Part shown: piece by piece, positions 28,901 to 37,878 of the stretch
Layout: the number at the start of each line of letters is the position of its first letter
How positions within the stretch are numbered: the stretch's first letter is position 1
Notes under the pieces: model-generated
The model's database searches: none
Seen by the model: the letters and a program-made list of their open reading frames with translations, nothing else
Told to the model about the DNA's origin: nothing
From: Nitrosopumilaceae archaeon
Lineage (GTDB): Archaea; Thermoproteota; Nitrososphaeria; Nitrososphaerales; Nitrosopumilaceae
Assembly: GCA_965203465.1 (NCBI GenBank)
Contig: CBDBCR010000001.1
Coordinates: 32,001 to 96,000, forward strand
Reading direction: 5' to 3'
DNA length: 64,000 nucleotides
Position numbers and translations under genes: made by a program

Positions 28901-29208
28901 CTCGGCTCCAGATCCTGCACATCCAGCTGGGCCTTTACCGAGCGCGGCTCGTCGAACCTGCTTGCCAGTTCTTCGAACGTCTCTTCTGAAGGTAGCATGG
29001 CGCCCTTGCCCATGAGCAGGCGCATTTTGAACGAGCCGTCCTCGGCCGCCTTTTCGATGTTTTCGCGCAAGAGGCCGTACCCGGCCACGTCGAAATACCC
29101 TGTGGACACATCAAACTGTTTCGCGTGCGGGATCTCCGAATTGAGCACATCCCGCATGGTGACATCCGACGAGTTGTCGATGATGTCGCGCTTGATGCGT
29201 TCGGTCAT
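25966..29208 (-). CDS. PLD-nuclease / SNF2-type SF2 helicase fusion
   Basis: STGYFD, HSKCYI..IGSSNLT (PLD); IIADSTGLGKT, IIDESQNFRS, LLTATPINN, KRFESS, VFTEY, STEVLSEGQNLQD, NYDLPWNPMRIVQRTGRIDR. Confidence 0.93.
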   Translation of the reverse strand: MTERIKRDIIDNSSDVTMRDVLNSEIPHAKQFDVSTGYFDVAGYGLLRENIEKAAEDGSFKMRLLMGKGAMLPSEETFEELASRFDEPRSVKAQLDVQDLEPSSYGDAASLIRLLERPNIEVRLGQSRFNHSKCYILGDNSVFIGSSNLTGAGLAGNYELNAGLYQPSVTTQTRKWFDRMWADASDAKEDLMRVLKQSKFGAPAEPHDVYMKMLFEKFKQFLRRSDRPYRRGASLTAFQQDAVDTALHLIGSYGGAIIADSTGLGKTNMGIEIIRQKIFYEGRKAMLVAPAQVLDSMWGAKLQEMGITVRQTASMESMGREGFLDELRKYRNIDFVIIDESQNFRSKNAQRRLNLMKMLSIGKPKQVLLLTATPINNSLMDLYYQLSIITKGKDDYFWETVGIVDLYKHMRDATNKDLSQGLEKIQQLLDSVMIRRTRSFIRDVYKDDKIAGKLISFPTHEYRPIRYDLAELFGDIFGRLFEDIKSLTMAPYGLERYNTDLPKEEREAHRTLAHLQVLLLLKRFESSTEAVRISIGNKIRMYEHVEQMLEQNRILRVRDFNKAIARCSNDEIDGQDSEEDLAQMVREMATEKLGSGYDKRSMLSDMRSDLQILRNLLQELEKVTIDKKFEAVRDAIVSDGALQKEGCKVLVFTEYTVTAKHLREKMREAFPDKEVLLIHGNTKQQVRQKYIIQFSPMANLPEDEDLHDKEADILVSTEVLSEGQNLQDCNYVVNYDLPWNPMRIVQRTGRIDRLTSAHKTIRSRACYPDKQLDALLKLVGKLLAKVDTAANVVGTDIEILDKMPCPKDFNGNLAPTIRTLAGQKGDSDATIARLESESDLMPQSTPINEIMRHVKEIGFEAMGDVPMGRRSGKKGEGRKAVLAYLQEDGQTRRVHFVVYDYAKGRAEVPENDSEAIGLISCAKGTDLYLPMDGEEHRESFEELLRIDAEAHGAIRDMNEAGKKKVLDLKKKSQSDLDLNVLVEAVAGGRLPQEDADEAYQILSSHEMGPWTVTVKDILREYEEDPARMCREIRQLADRIYLADRAVDKAAPVKADSQLVLVGAMFVMDGLEPAKGLKPRA

Positions 29209-32200
29209 TTGCCGATCTCCTCGAAGAACGGCATCGCCGCTTTGCGCACCTCGCCGTAGAACCGTTTGAGCGTCCTGTTGTCTGACCAGTCGGCAGTCTC
29301 TGCGTCGCGTAGCGAGGGATCCTCGTCAAACTTGAACGAGTCCAGCACGGTCTGGTATTCGTCTTTGGAGAGGCCGTAGGCGTGCGCTACGAGCGCGTCC
29401 AGCCGAGCGGTGGCGTCTATGCGGGTTGCGGGAGACAGCGGTTCTGGTTTGAGGCCGAACGAGTCGCCAAACGATTCAAAAGACCTCCCCCCCCCCCCCC
29501 CCGGCTGGCAACGCCAGAGTCAAAACGGCCGCCATGGTTGTTATTTCTTGGTCATGTTTTGAGGGGTTTGGGGCGAACAGGTGCTTGAATATAGTAGATG
29601 CGTCCATTTGGATTTTTGCCCGTGCAATAAAATCAAACGTCATGGAGTTGAGCACTCCTGTCAAGTACGCAAGTTTGTGGTGGTATAGGTCGCCAAACGC
29701 TACTTGGTGGTTCCGAGTCAATATGATGCTACGTAATGCGGTTGTGTGAAATGTGTGCGGCGGTATAATCGATGAGAGCATAGTTCTCATGTCAGTGGAA
29801 CGGGCTATGTTACGAAATACTATCATAAACGATTCATGGAAATCACTACAATGCCCTATATATAGTTTTTTCTTTTCTAGCCTATTCAAGCCGGCAGATT
29901 TGTTTGCGGTAAAATCAGGAGTTCTAAAAGCGGAATTGAACTGGTGCATGTCCTTCCCTTTCATTACGGGCCAATCTTTACCATCTTCCTTGAACAGATC
30001 AGAATCATTGGAGGCGTCGAAACAACGGGAAATTGATATTTGCCATCCATCACTTGAAACTGATCCAAATGTTGGACATTCTGACAGTTTTGTAAGTAGT
30101 GCGTATGCTTTTGTAGAAACTTCCGGTATGGCCAAATCTATGGGTGAAATTTTGTTTATAGAATTTTTAGAGCAGATCGTAAATTTGTTGTTTTCGGTAG
30201 ATTTGTCTTTTAGAGAAGATAGGTCGTGTAGATAGAACGCCGCGGGAAATTGATCTGATCCAGATCGATTTCGTACAGTAAGTAATGCAAATCTGTAGCT
30301 TGAGTGAATGTCAAATATTTTTTTCTTGTTTTCAAACACATACACCTGCATAACATCCATATCAAGTAGTCGCCTGCGCATATCTACAGATCCCGCGTTT
30401 GAAAGAATTTGGGATGGCAATAACACAGAGATTATTCCGTCGTCTGAAACTAGATTTAGCATGCGCTCCAACACTAGTTGCCATAAATCTTTGTCACCGG
30501 GGCCCTGTAGTTCGTAAGTCTTGTAAAAGTAGGCTTTGTCTTTAAACGACTCGATATACGCTTCATGCGATCTGTGTAGGTTAGAATCTTGGAGTAGCTC
30601 TTTGACTCTCTTTTGTTTTTTGGTATTAGGTGTCAAATAATTAAAATTGTGATCATGTGGCGTAAAAAATTCGTCAATTGACGGCTTTGATTTTTCCCAC
30701 GGAGGGTTACCCACCACAAGATCAAATCCATGCCGTGAATCAGTGAAAGCATCCATCATCTCCAGCTCCCAATGGAAAAATGAATGTTGTTCTGCCAGTT
30801 TTACTATCCGCTGTTTGGCTACGACGATCGCCTCATCTGTTGAAGGTCTGGTCAGTCTAGAGATGAACTCTATTTTTCCCTTTTTCGGAAAAACGGATGG
30901 ATCTATACGCGAAGCGGTCAGCGCATCCAATGCCTCTTGATGTATTCTAACTTGTTCCTTGTATTCTGTGTATTCCGTGCGGCTCGCACGGGCCTGTTTT
31001 ATTGTAACATCAGGACTGTAGCTTACTCGAGCTAGAGTGCTACCGTGTTCTGTAGGATCTGGCAACCACTCGTCAAGCGAGTGGGTTTGTGGATCTCTCA
31101 TACAAACCATCCATTCGCCAATAGTTGAATCTCCCTGTTTGATATGGTGATCTAGATAGGTCAACGGCACCCCAATTGCGAACGAGTCTAGCCAGAGAGA
31201 CAACCGCGCTAGGTCTACTGCGAGGGGGTTTAGATCCACGCCGAATATACACCGCTTCATGACTCTACGTTTGAGTAACACATCAGCGGTCAACAGGTTT
31301 TCGTCGATCGTGATATTCTTGTCTGCTTGCGCACGTACGACAGCCTGTCTGTCTGCTTCGATCTCTGCCACAAGTGGATGATCGGGGTGCGAGTTGAGCA
31401 TCTCGGTGGCCCATTGCGTTATCTGGTTCAGCGCTTCGACCAAAAAGTGGCCCGAGCCCATCGCCGGATCGAGCACCTGTAGATCGAGTAGCCGGTCTAT
31501 GCAGGCAAAGTAGTTTTTGTTGGACGGATCAGCTTTGTGTTTTTCAATGTCGCCGGCGACCAAGCGTCGGCGCTTTGCGAGTAGCGGTTCCAAGCCCCGC
31601 CTGACCAAGAAAGAGACTATTTCTGTCGGCGTATAAAAGCTGGCCGACATCTTACGCGAGGCGATTCCTCTGCCGGATACCAGATACAAGTCGTTTTTCT
31701 TGTACGAGTAGGTCGATTCTTCCTTTGATTCTACTTCTCGCACGCCATTCTCGTCCTCTAACAACATAATGTCCCTATCAGCTTGTCTTATGTCGAATTC
31801 CAATAGCGCCTCGTATATGTTGCCCAAGTGCCGGACGCCCAAGTCCCCATAGTCTACCGGCAACCCGTCTGTCTCCGACAGCGACCGCAGCGCCCGCGCC
31901 ATGAACCGGTTGCGTACGCGGCCCGCATCGAGCCGCTTCTGAAACAGGTCGCCGGCGTACTGCGGCAGGTTGTGCTCCGGGCTGCCGTCCCTAATGCCGT
32001 CAAACAGGGCCGACAGGTTGCTCCAGCAGCTGTCGCCGTCCGGGTCTTGCTCGTAGCCGTCCAGTTTGGCGCGCATCGACTGGAGGGAGAGCTTGCCGTA
32101 GCGCGGATCCGAGACGGGCAGTAGGTTGCGCGACTCTGCATACAGGATAAACCACGTGCGATACAGGACCGTGAGCGCGTCTTCTTTTGCTTTTGCGAGA

Positions 32201-33219
32201 TCTGCCATGTCGAATTTTGTCTTCATGTCGTGATCCAGCATCCCTTTCGCGATGTCCAGGAACAGCCCGTCGGTGGCCAGTATCTTGGAGCGCAGGTCTT
32301 CCTCCAGCGACTGGGCCTTTGTGCGGGACTGTTCAAGAATCTCTTTGATCTGCAGGGGCTTGCCTCTGTACGTGTCGGCGCCGAAGAACACTGCCAGGCA
32401 CTTTAGCGTCTCCAGATCCCCGTCTCCCACGTAGACTGCCAAGTAGTTGGTCGTGGACGCGGAGACGTGTCTGGTGTACAGCCTCCACTCCTCGCCGTTG
32501 GTCAGCACCACCCAGTCGGCGTGCTTCAGCTCGGCCACGGCCGTATAACTCGGCGCCACGTCGCTCCTCGTCCTCACGCTTAGGTCGCCGGCCGGTGCCA
32601 CGATTACCGACGCATTCTCGAACCTGTATGTCTTGCCGTCTTTTTCCGCGCGTTCAAGGGACCACCCGAGCGCCTCCAGCACAGGCTCGGCACTGTTCCC
32701 GAGTGCGCGCCGCGCCGCCTCCGCTTCCGGCTTCACGTCGCGCCTTAGATCATCCCACAGCCTGTTCTTCAGGTAATGGTTCGAAAAGATGCCCCGGTTG
32801 TCCCAGCACGTGCTGTCTTGTGTCTGGAGTTTGTCGATAGCCTTGCTGAGGCCCACCCTATACCCGATCTCCGTCGCGGCCGAAATGTTGCACGACTCGA
32901 GTGTCTTTTTGATGCGCCTGCACTCGGCCTCGCGATCTGCCAGCACCGAGCAGCTCTTGTTGGCGGCCCTGACGAGCAGCATCTCTTTGGGCGCAAACAG
33001 CACCACGCATTGGTCGGTCTTTACCTCTTTTTTGAGCTCGGCGAGGCTCTTGGGTCCTGCGGCCACCAAGATGACCGGCACGGGCGGGTCGGCGCCGTCC
33101 GTCCTCTGGATGCTGTAGCATTCCCACCCGCGCCCAAACTCCAGCCTCTGCCGCTGTTTCGGATCAACGTCGAACAGAGGCAGCAGGCTTTCTACGCAAG
33201 ACGCGGTTTGCCCAGACAT
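29205..33219 (-). CDS. Type IIG/Eco57I-like N6-adenine DNA methyltransferase, frameshifted at a G16 tract about 94 codons before the true C-terminus
   Basis: LGNIYE, SFYTP, VLDPAMGSGHFL, GVDLNP, FHWELE..FDLVVGNPPW; after the tract another frame gives RLDALVAHAYGLSKDEYQTVLDSF...EEIGK* with an ATGA overlap onto the helicase; ATG 33219 lies downstream of TTAATTAT. Confidence 0.9.
29487..29502 (-). repeat. G16 homopolymer (C16 on the plus strand) inside the methyltransferase gene
   Basis: Sixteen consecutive C at 29487-29502, by far the longest homopolymer seen in the window. Confidence 0.95.
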
Positions 33220-33391
33220 CGGGCGGGCCCGACACGTGCCATAATTAAGAGTAGGTTCGGCGCCTGCACGGGCAGACCTCTTGTATCGAAATTTGGTCTG
33301 CCTAAGCCGCGGATCTCCTATAACATCCAATCATACCTTATAGATCTGACCGCGAGGAAAGGCATTAATTCCACACGTTCCGATCGGCTGC

Positions 33392-35239
33392 ATGGACAAG
33401 ACCGTCGACATCACCCCCGACAAGAGCCTCGTCAGCAAGCTGGGCCGCACGGGGTACCGCACCGAGCAGGCCGTCGCGGAACTGATAGACAACGCCATAG
33501 ACGCGCGGCTGGACGGCAAGACTAGCATCGAGGTGACGCTGAACTTTAGGATGGGCCGGATCACCGTCTCGGACGACGGGCGCGGGATGGGTGCCAAGGC
33601 CCTGGCAGACGCGTTCACCATCGCAAGAGAGACGGGCGGAACGGGCCTGGGGCGGTTCGGCATGGGGATGAAGAGCGCCTGCTCGAGCCTCGGCAAGGCG
33701 TTCACGGTGACCACCACGGAGGCCGGCTCGGGCGCAGAGCTGACCGCAGAATACGACGAGGATGAGTGGCTGAGAGACGACTCGCGCGGATGGGAGAGCT
33801 TTGCAATCGCCGAGAACGCGGCGGACAGGAAAAGCCACGGCACGACCGTGGCAGTCAGCAACCTCAGGGTCCCGCTGTACCCAAACCAGGCGCCCAACTT
33901 TCGGAGCAGGTTCGGCGTGCGCTACGGCCCCTACATGGAGGGCGGGCAGGTCGAGATCACGGTCAACGGGCGCGCGTGCAAGCCCGCGAGGCAGGATCTC
34001 CGCGAGGGCACTCGGCGCGAGATCGCCGCAGAGCTGCCCGGCGGCAGAAAGATCGGCGGCTGGGTGGGCGCGCTGGACAAGAGATCCGCAAAGGGCGACG
34101 ACGGGATACACCTCTACTGGAACGGCAGGCTGATCAAGTCCCACGCAAAGTTCGGCGTACGGGACCACCCCGAAGTGGCGGGAATAGTGGGCGCGCTGTC
34201 CCTGGATCACGTGCCGGTGAACTTCCACAAGACCGGGTTCATAGAAGAGTCCCCGCTGTACGCCGAGGCAGAAGAGTGGTTCAGAAAGAGCCCCGCGCTG
34301 GCGGACGCCCTCAGGGCCTGTGCGCGCAAAAGCGGCAAGCCGGACGCGCGGGACGCCTTTGCCGGACCCAAGGCGCTGGAGGCTAGAATGGGCATGGGCA
34401 GGGCCGAATCCTTTCTGCGCGGCGCAAAGGGGTTCGCGGCGGAGAAGGGCGGCTTCAAGATGGACGTGAGTTTCGGAGACGGCGGCGGGGGCATATACGA
34501 GACAGAAAAGGCGCCCGGCGGGGCGCGGATAAGGATAGAGAGGGACAGCCCGGCGTTCAGGGCGTTCCGCAACCCCCTGCTCCTGCTCGGCTGGATAGGC
34601 ATAGAGGCGGAGCTGCTGGCCTCGGGCCCGCGCGACGCGGAGGCGTTCGTGCGCGAGCGCAACAGGCGGTGGGCCGAGTTTGCAAAAGAGTCGCTTCCGC
34701 GCGAGGCGGCGGCGGAGCGGCCGCGCAAAATCCGACCGCGCGCCCCCGGCTATTCGCTCGCAGACGATCTCGTGGGGCTGCACGACGAGCTTGTGGAGGA
34801 CTTTAGGCACCGGTTCCAGTTCACCGCGGCAAGCACGCTCTCGCCCTTTATGCGGATCTCGCACGCCAAGGCCGTGTACACGCTCCATGTCGCCAGGGGG
34901 ACCGGAGACCAGATGGCAGAGGCCATAGGCGGCGAGTTCGTCGCCCTGCTCAACCCAGCGAGCGCCGAGGTGTACACGGCACTGGATCTGGGGCACGACA
35001 GGATCGTCGTGGTGAGGGAGCGCTCCGAGAGGATGCCCGAGACGTGGGCGCCGCCCGAAAAGGCGTGGCTGGATCTGTACCGCGAATCCACAAAGGGCAA
35101 TCTGACCATGTACGCAGACGAGCTGGACTGGGTGCTCGAGGATCTGGTCGACAAGGGCCTTGCCAGCACGGCCAGAATCAAGTCCCTCGCGAGGCGGTAC
35201 GGGATGGCTCGCGACATAGAGGCGTTTCTGGAGGAGTAG
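33392..35239 (+). CDS. MORC-like GHKL ATPase with an uncharacterised (AbiEi-like) C-terminal region
   Basis: ELIDNAIDA, SDDGRGM, GRFGMGMKSA, HGTTV Bergerat-fold motifs; S5-like GIHLYWNGRLI..VNFHKTGF; C-terminal PPEKAWLDLY. Confidence 0.85.
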   Translation: MDKTVDITPDKSLVSKLGRTGYRTEQAVAELIDNAIDARLDGKTSIEVTLNFRMGRITVSDDGRGMGAKALADAFTIARETGGTGLGRFGMGMKSACSSLGKAFTVTTTEAGSGAELTAEYDEDEWLRDDSRGWESFAIAENAADRKSHGTTVAVSNLRVPLYPNQAPNFRSRFGVRYGPYMEGGQVEITVNGRACKPARQDLREGTRREIAAELPGGRKIGGWVGALDKRSAKGDDGIHLYWNGRLIKSHAKFGVRDHPEVAGIVGALSLDHVPVNFHKTGFIEESPLYAEAEEWFRKSPALADALRACARKSGKPDARDAFAGPKALEARMGMGRAESFLRGAKGFAAEKGGFKMDVSFGDGGGGIYETEKAPGGARIRIERDSPAFRAFRNPLLLLGWIGIEAELLASGPRDAEAFVRERNRRWAEFAKESLPREAAAERPRKIRPRAPGYSLADDLVGLHDELVEDFRHRFQFTAASTLSPFMRISHAKAVYTLHVARGTGDQMAEAIGGEFVALLNPASAEVYTALDLGHDRIVVVRERSERMPETWAPPEKAWLDLYRESTKGNLTMYADELDWVLEDLVDKGLASTARIKSLARRYGMARDIEAFLEE

Positions 35240-35315
35240 CGCGGGGCGCCCCGGGTGTTTTTCCGCAAGGGCGGCCCACAAAGGGTTTTAACCGGAGCGC
35301 GCCGGCCGCGGATGG

Positions 35316-35792
35316 TTGGCCAAGTTCAAAAAGCGCCGCCACGGGCCCACCCAGAGCAGGGACCCGCAGAGGCCGCCGGCCGAGGCAAAGCCCGATCCCC
35401 CCCCGGAGGCAAAGCCCGAGCCGGAGGCGCCCGCGGAACAGCCCCCCGAGATACCCATCGGCGCGGTGCAGCAGGACGAAAAGGACACAAAGCTCAACAT
35501 TCTCTTTTGGCTGCGCGTGGCCTGCGCGGTCGGGGCCGGCACGGCGGCCACGTTCCTGTTCGATTCCTACGAGGGCGAGGAGAGGCGGTGGGCCTCGATA
35601 GGCTTCATGATAGCCGTGTTCATAGGCACCATCATCTACGCAAAGTCCATGAGGATACCGTTCTCGCTGGCCGACAGGAAAAAGCTGGTCACGCAGGGGA
35701 TAGGCAGCTACATCTTCCTGTACCTGTTCGTCTGGATCATAACGTACACGCTGGCCAACCTGGACGGCAACCCGCAGGTGCCGTTCCCCTGA
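35316..35792 (+). CDS. Conserved membrane protein with a Pro/Glu-rich N-terminus
   Basis: Three TM segments; DRKKLVTQGIGSYIFLYLFVWI; imperfect PPAEAKPD/PPPEAKPE repeat. Confidence 0.75.
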   Translation: MAKFKKRRHGPTQSRDPQRPPAEAKPDPPPEAKPEPEAPAEQPPEIPIGAVQQDEKDTKLNILFWLRVACAVGAGTAATFLFDSYEGEERRWASIGFMIAVFIGTIIYAKSMRIPFSLADRKKLVTQGIGSYIFLYLFVWIITYTLANLDGNPQVPFP

Positions 35793-36382
35793 CGTGGCCG
35801 CACGGCACGCCGGGCATCCCCGACGAGATGTTCGAGCGCGACGAAAAGGTCCCCATAACAAAGGAGGAAGTCCGGGCCGTGCAGATCTCAAAGGCGCGCC
35901 TCTCAAAGGGCTGCACGGTCCACGACGTGGGCTGCGGCAGCGGCTCCATGACCGTCGAGGCGCGCGTGCAGGCCGGCCCGGCCGGCTCGGTCCACGCCAT
36001 AGACCGCGACCCCAGGGCCGTGCTGCTCACCCGCAAAAACCTGGAGCGCTTCGGCCTCGAGGCGCGGGTCTCCGAGGCCGAGGCGGCCGACATAATACCG
36101 GACTTGCCAGAGGCCGACGCGATACTGGTCGGCGGCACCGGCGGGCAGACCCCCGACATAATGCGGCTGTGCCGCGGCAGGCTCAAAAAAGGCGGCCGGC
36201 TCGTGGTCGGCGTCATACAGATAGAGACGCTCAACGCGGCCCTCGGGGTGCTCTACGAACCGGGTCTCAAGGAACCCGACGTAGTCCAGATATCGGTCTC
36301 CAAGAGCAGAAAGACCTCGACGGGCACCATGATGCTCGCGCGCAACCCCGTGACCGTGCTCTCGGCGACCAGAGATTTTTAA
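35789..36382 (+). CDS. cbiT: Cobalt-precorrin-6B C15-methyltransferase (decarboxylating)
   Basis: TPGIPDEMFER..PITKEEVRA, DVGCGSGS, MLARNPV; the start is probably a CTG overlapping the upstream TGA. Confidence 0.92.
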   Translation: MTWPHGTPGIPDEMFERDEKVPITKEEVRAVQISKARLSKGCTVHDVGCGSGSMTVEARVQAGPAGSVHAIDRDPRAVLLTRKNLERFGLEARVSEAEAADIIPDLPEADAILVGGTGGQTPDIMRLCRGRLKKGGRLVVGVIQIETLNAALGVLYEPGLKEPDVVQISVSKSRKTSTGTMMLARNPVTVLSATRDF

Positions 36383-36404
36383 CGGGAGGCGCCGGGCGGC
36401 GGCC

Positions 36405-37121
36405 ATGGCGGGCATAACCGGCATAGGCGTGGGGCCCGGCGACCCCGACCTGCTGACAGTAAAGGCCGCGCGGACAATACGCGAAGCCGACGTGGTGATG
36501 TGCCCGGCCTCGGCTGAGGACAGGCCGAGCATAGCCCTCTCCGTGGTAAAGGATCTGGTCGACGAGTCGCGCCAGCGCGTGATAAAGCTGATCTTTCCCA
36601 TGACAAAGGACAAAGAAGTGCTCCAAGACACGTGGAAGAGAAACGCCGAGACGATGGCAGAGACGGCGAGGGGTGGCCTCGACGTGGTATATTTGACGGT
36701 CGGCGATCCGTTCCTGTACAGCACCTGGATATACATGGACAGGCACCTCAGGTCAAAGCACCCCGAGATACCCGTATCCGCCATACCGGGCGTGGTCTCC
36801 ATCTTTACGTTCGCCTCAAAGGCGGGCGTGAGCATAGCGGAGGGCGCCGAAAAGGTGGCCATCATACCGTCCTGCTACGACCTCTCCGCGGTGCGCGAGG
36901 TCGCCAGAAACTCCGAGGTCATGGTGTTCCTAAAGGACGGCAGGTACTTCGACCAGGTGATACAGGTTCTCAAAGAGTCTGGGTTCCCGGGCGGTTCCAC
37001 GTTCGCCATAGGGCAGGACCTCGGCACGAAAGACGAGCTCATAACAAAGACTACGCTGGCCGAAGCCGCCGACGGCATCGCCTCAAAGTACTTTTCGGTG
37101 CTGGTGGTAAAGCGTGCATAA
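36405..37121 (+). CDS. cbiL: Precorrin-2 / cobalt-factor II C20-methyltransferase
   Basis: GIGVGPGDPDLLTVKA, FPMTKD, TVGDPFLYST, IPGVVS. Confidence 0.93.
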   Translation: MAGITGIGVGPGDPDLLTVKAARTIREADVVMCPASAEDRPSIALSVVKDLVDESRQRVIKLIFPMTKDKEVLQDTWKRNAETMAETARGGLDVVYLTVGDPFLYSTWIYMDRHLRSKHPEIPVSAIPGVVSIFTFASKAGVSIAEGAEKVAIIPSCYDLSAVREVARNSEVMVFLKDGRYFDQVIQVLKESGFPGGSTFAIGQDLGTKDELITKTTLAEAADGIASKYFSVLVVKRA

Positions 37122-37878
37122 GGTGCGGTTCGTGGGGTGCGGGCCCGGCGATCCCGACCTGATCACCGTAAAGGCCAAAAAGGTGGTTCAGAGGGCGCGC
37201 ACCGTCGTGTACTCGGGCTCCCTGATACCCGAGCCGATAATATCGATGTGCAAAAGGGCCCGGCTACACGACGCCTCGGGCCTGGTCAGGGAGCAGATAA
37301 CCGAGCTGCTCTACGAGGGCGCCAAAAAGGGGAGCACGGTGCGCCTGCACGACGGGGATCCGGCCATATACGGCGCCATAAAGGAGCAGATCGACGCGCT
37401 AGCCGAGAGGGGCGTGGAATCGGAGGTAATACCGGGCGTCACGGCCCTGCTGGCAGCCTCGGCCGCGCTGGGCGTGCAGCTGACCCTGCCGGGCGTCACG
37501 CAGACCGTAATACTGAGCAGGGCCGAGGCGCGCACAAAGGTGCCCGAGCGCGAATCCACCAGGTCGCTTGCAGGCCACGGGGCCACCATGGCGTTCTACC
37601 TGAGCGCCCACCTGCTGCCGCGCATAGCAAAGGAGGCCGTGGACGGCGGCTATCCCAAAGACACGCCGGCGGCGGTCGTGTACAGGGCGAGCTGGCCGGA
37701 CCAAAAGATAGTGAAAGGGACGCTGAAAGACATCGCCGCAAAGACCCGCAAGGCCGGCATAACCCGCACCGCCGTTGTCCTGGTGGGCGCGGCGCTCGAG
37801 CCGGACGAGTACGAGCACTCGCGCCTCTACGACAGCTCGTTCAGCCACGGGTACCGGCGCGCCTCACGCGGCGCCTGA
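37114..37878 (+). CDS. cbiF: Cobalt-precorrin-4 C11-methyltransferase
   Basis: GPGDPDLITVK, RLHDGDPAIYGAIKEQ, LTLPGVTQTVIL, YRASWPDQ, SRLYDSSFSHGYR. Confidence 0.95.
   Translation: MHKVRFVGCGPGDPDLITVKAKKVVQRARTVVYSGSLIPEPIISMCKRARLHDASGLVREQITELLYEGAKKGSTVRLHDGDPAIYGAIKEQIDALAERGVESEVIPGVTALLAASAALGVQLTLPGVTQTVILSRAEARTKVPERESTRSLAGHGATMAFYLSAHLLPRIAKEAVDGGYPKDTPAAVVYRASWPDQKIVKGTLKDIAAKTRKAGITRTAVVLVGAALEPDEYEHSRLYDSSFSHGYRRASRGA

Noticed and set aside
25966-33219. Canonical DISARM, BREX or Hma
   Set aside because: No DrmA/DrmB, PglZ/BrxC or m5C MTase in the window; only partial similarity.
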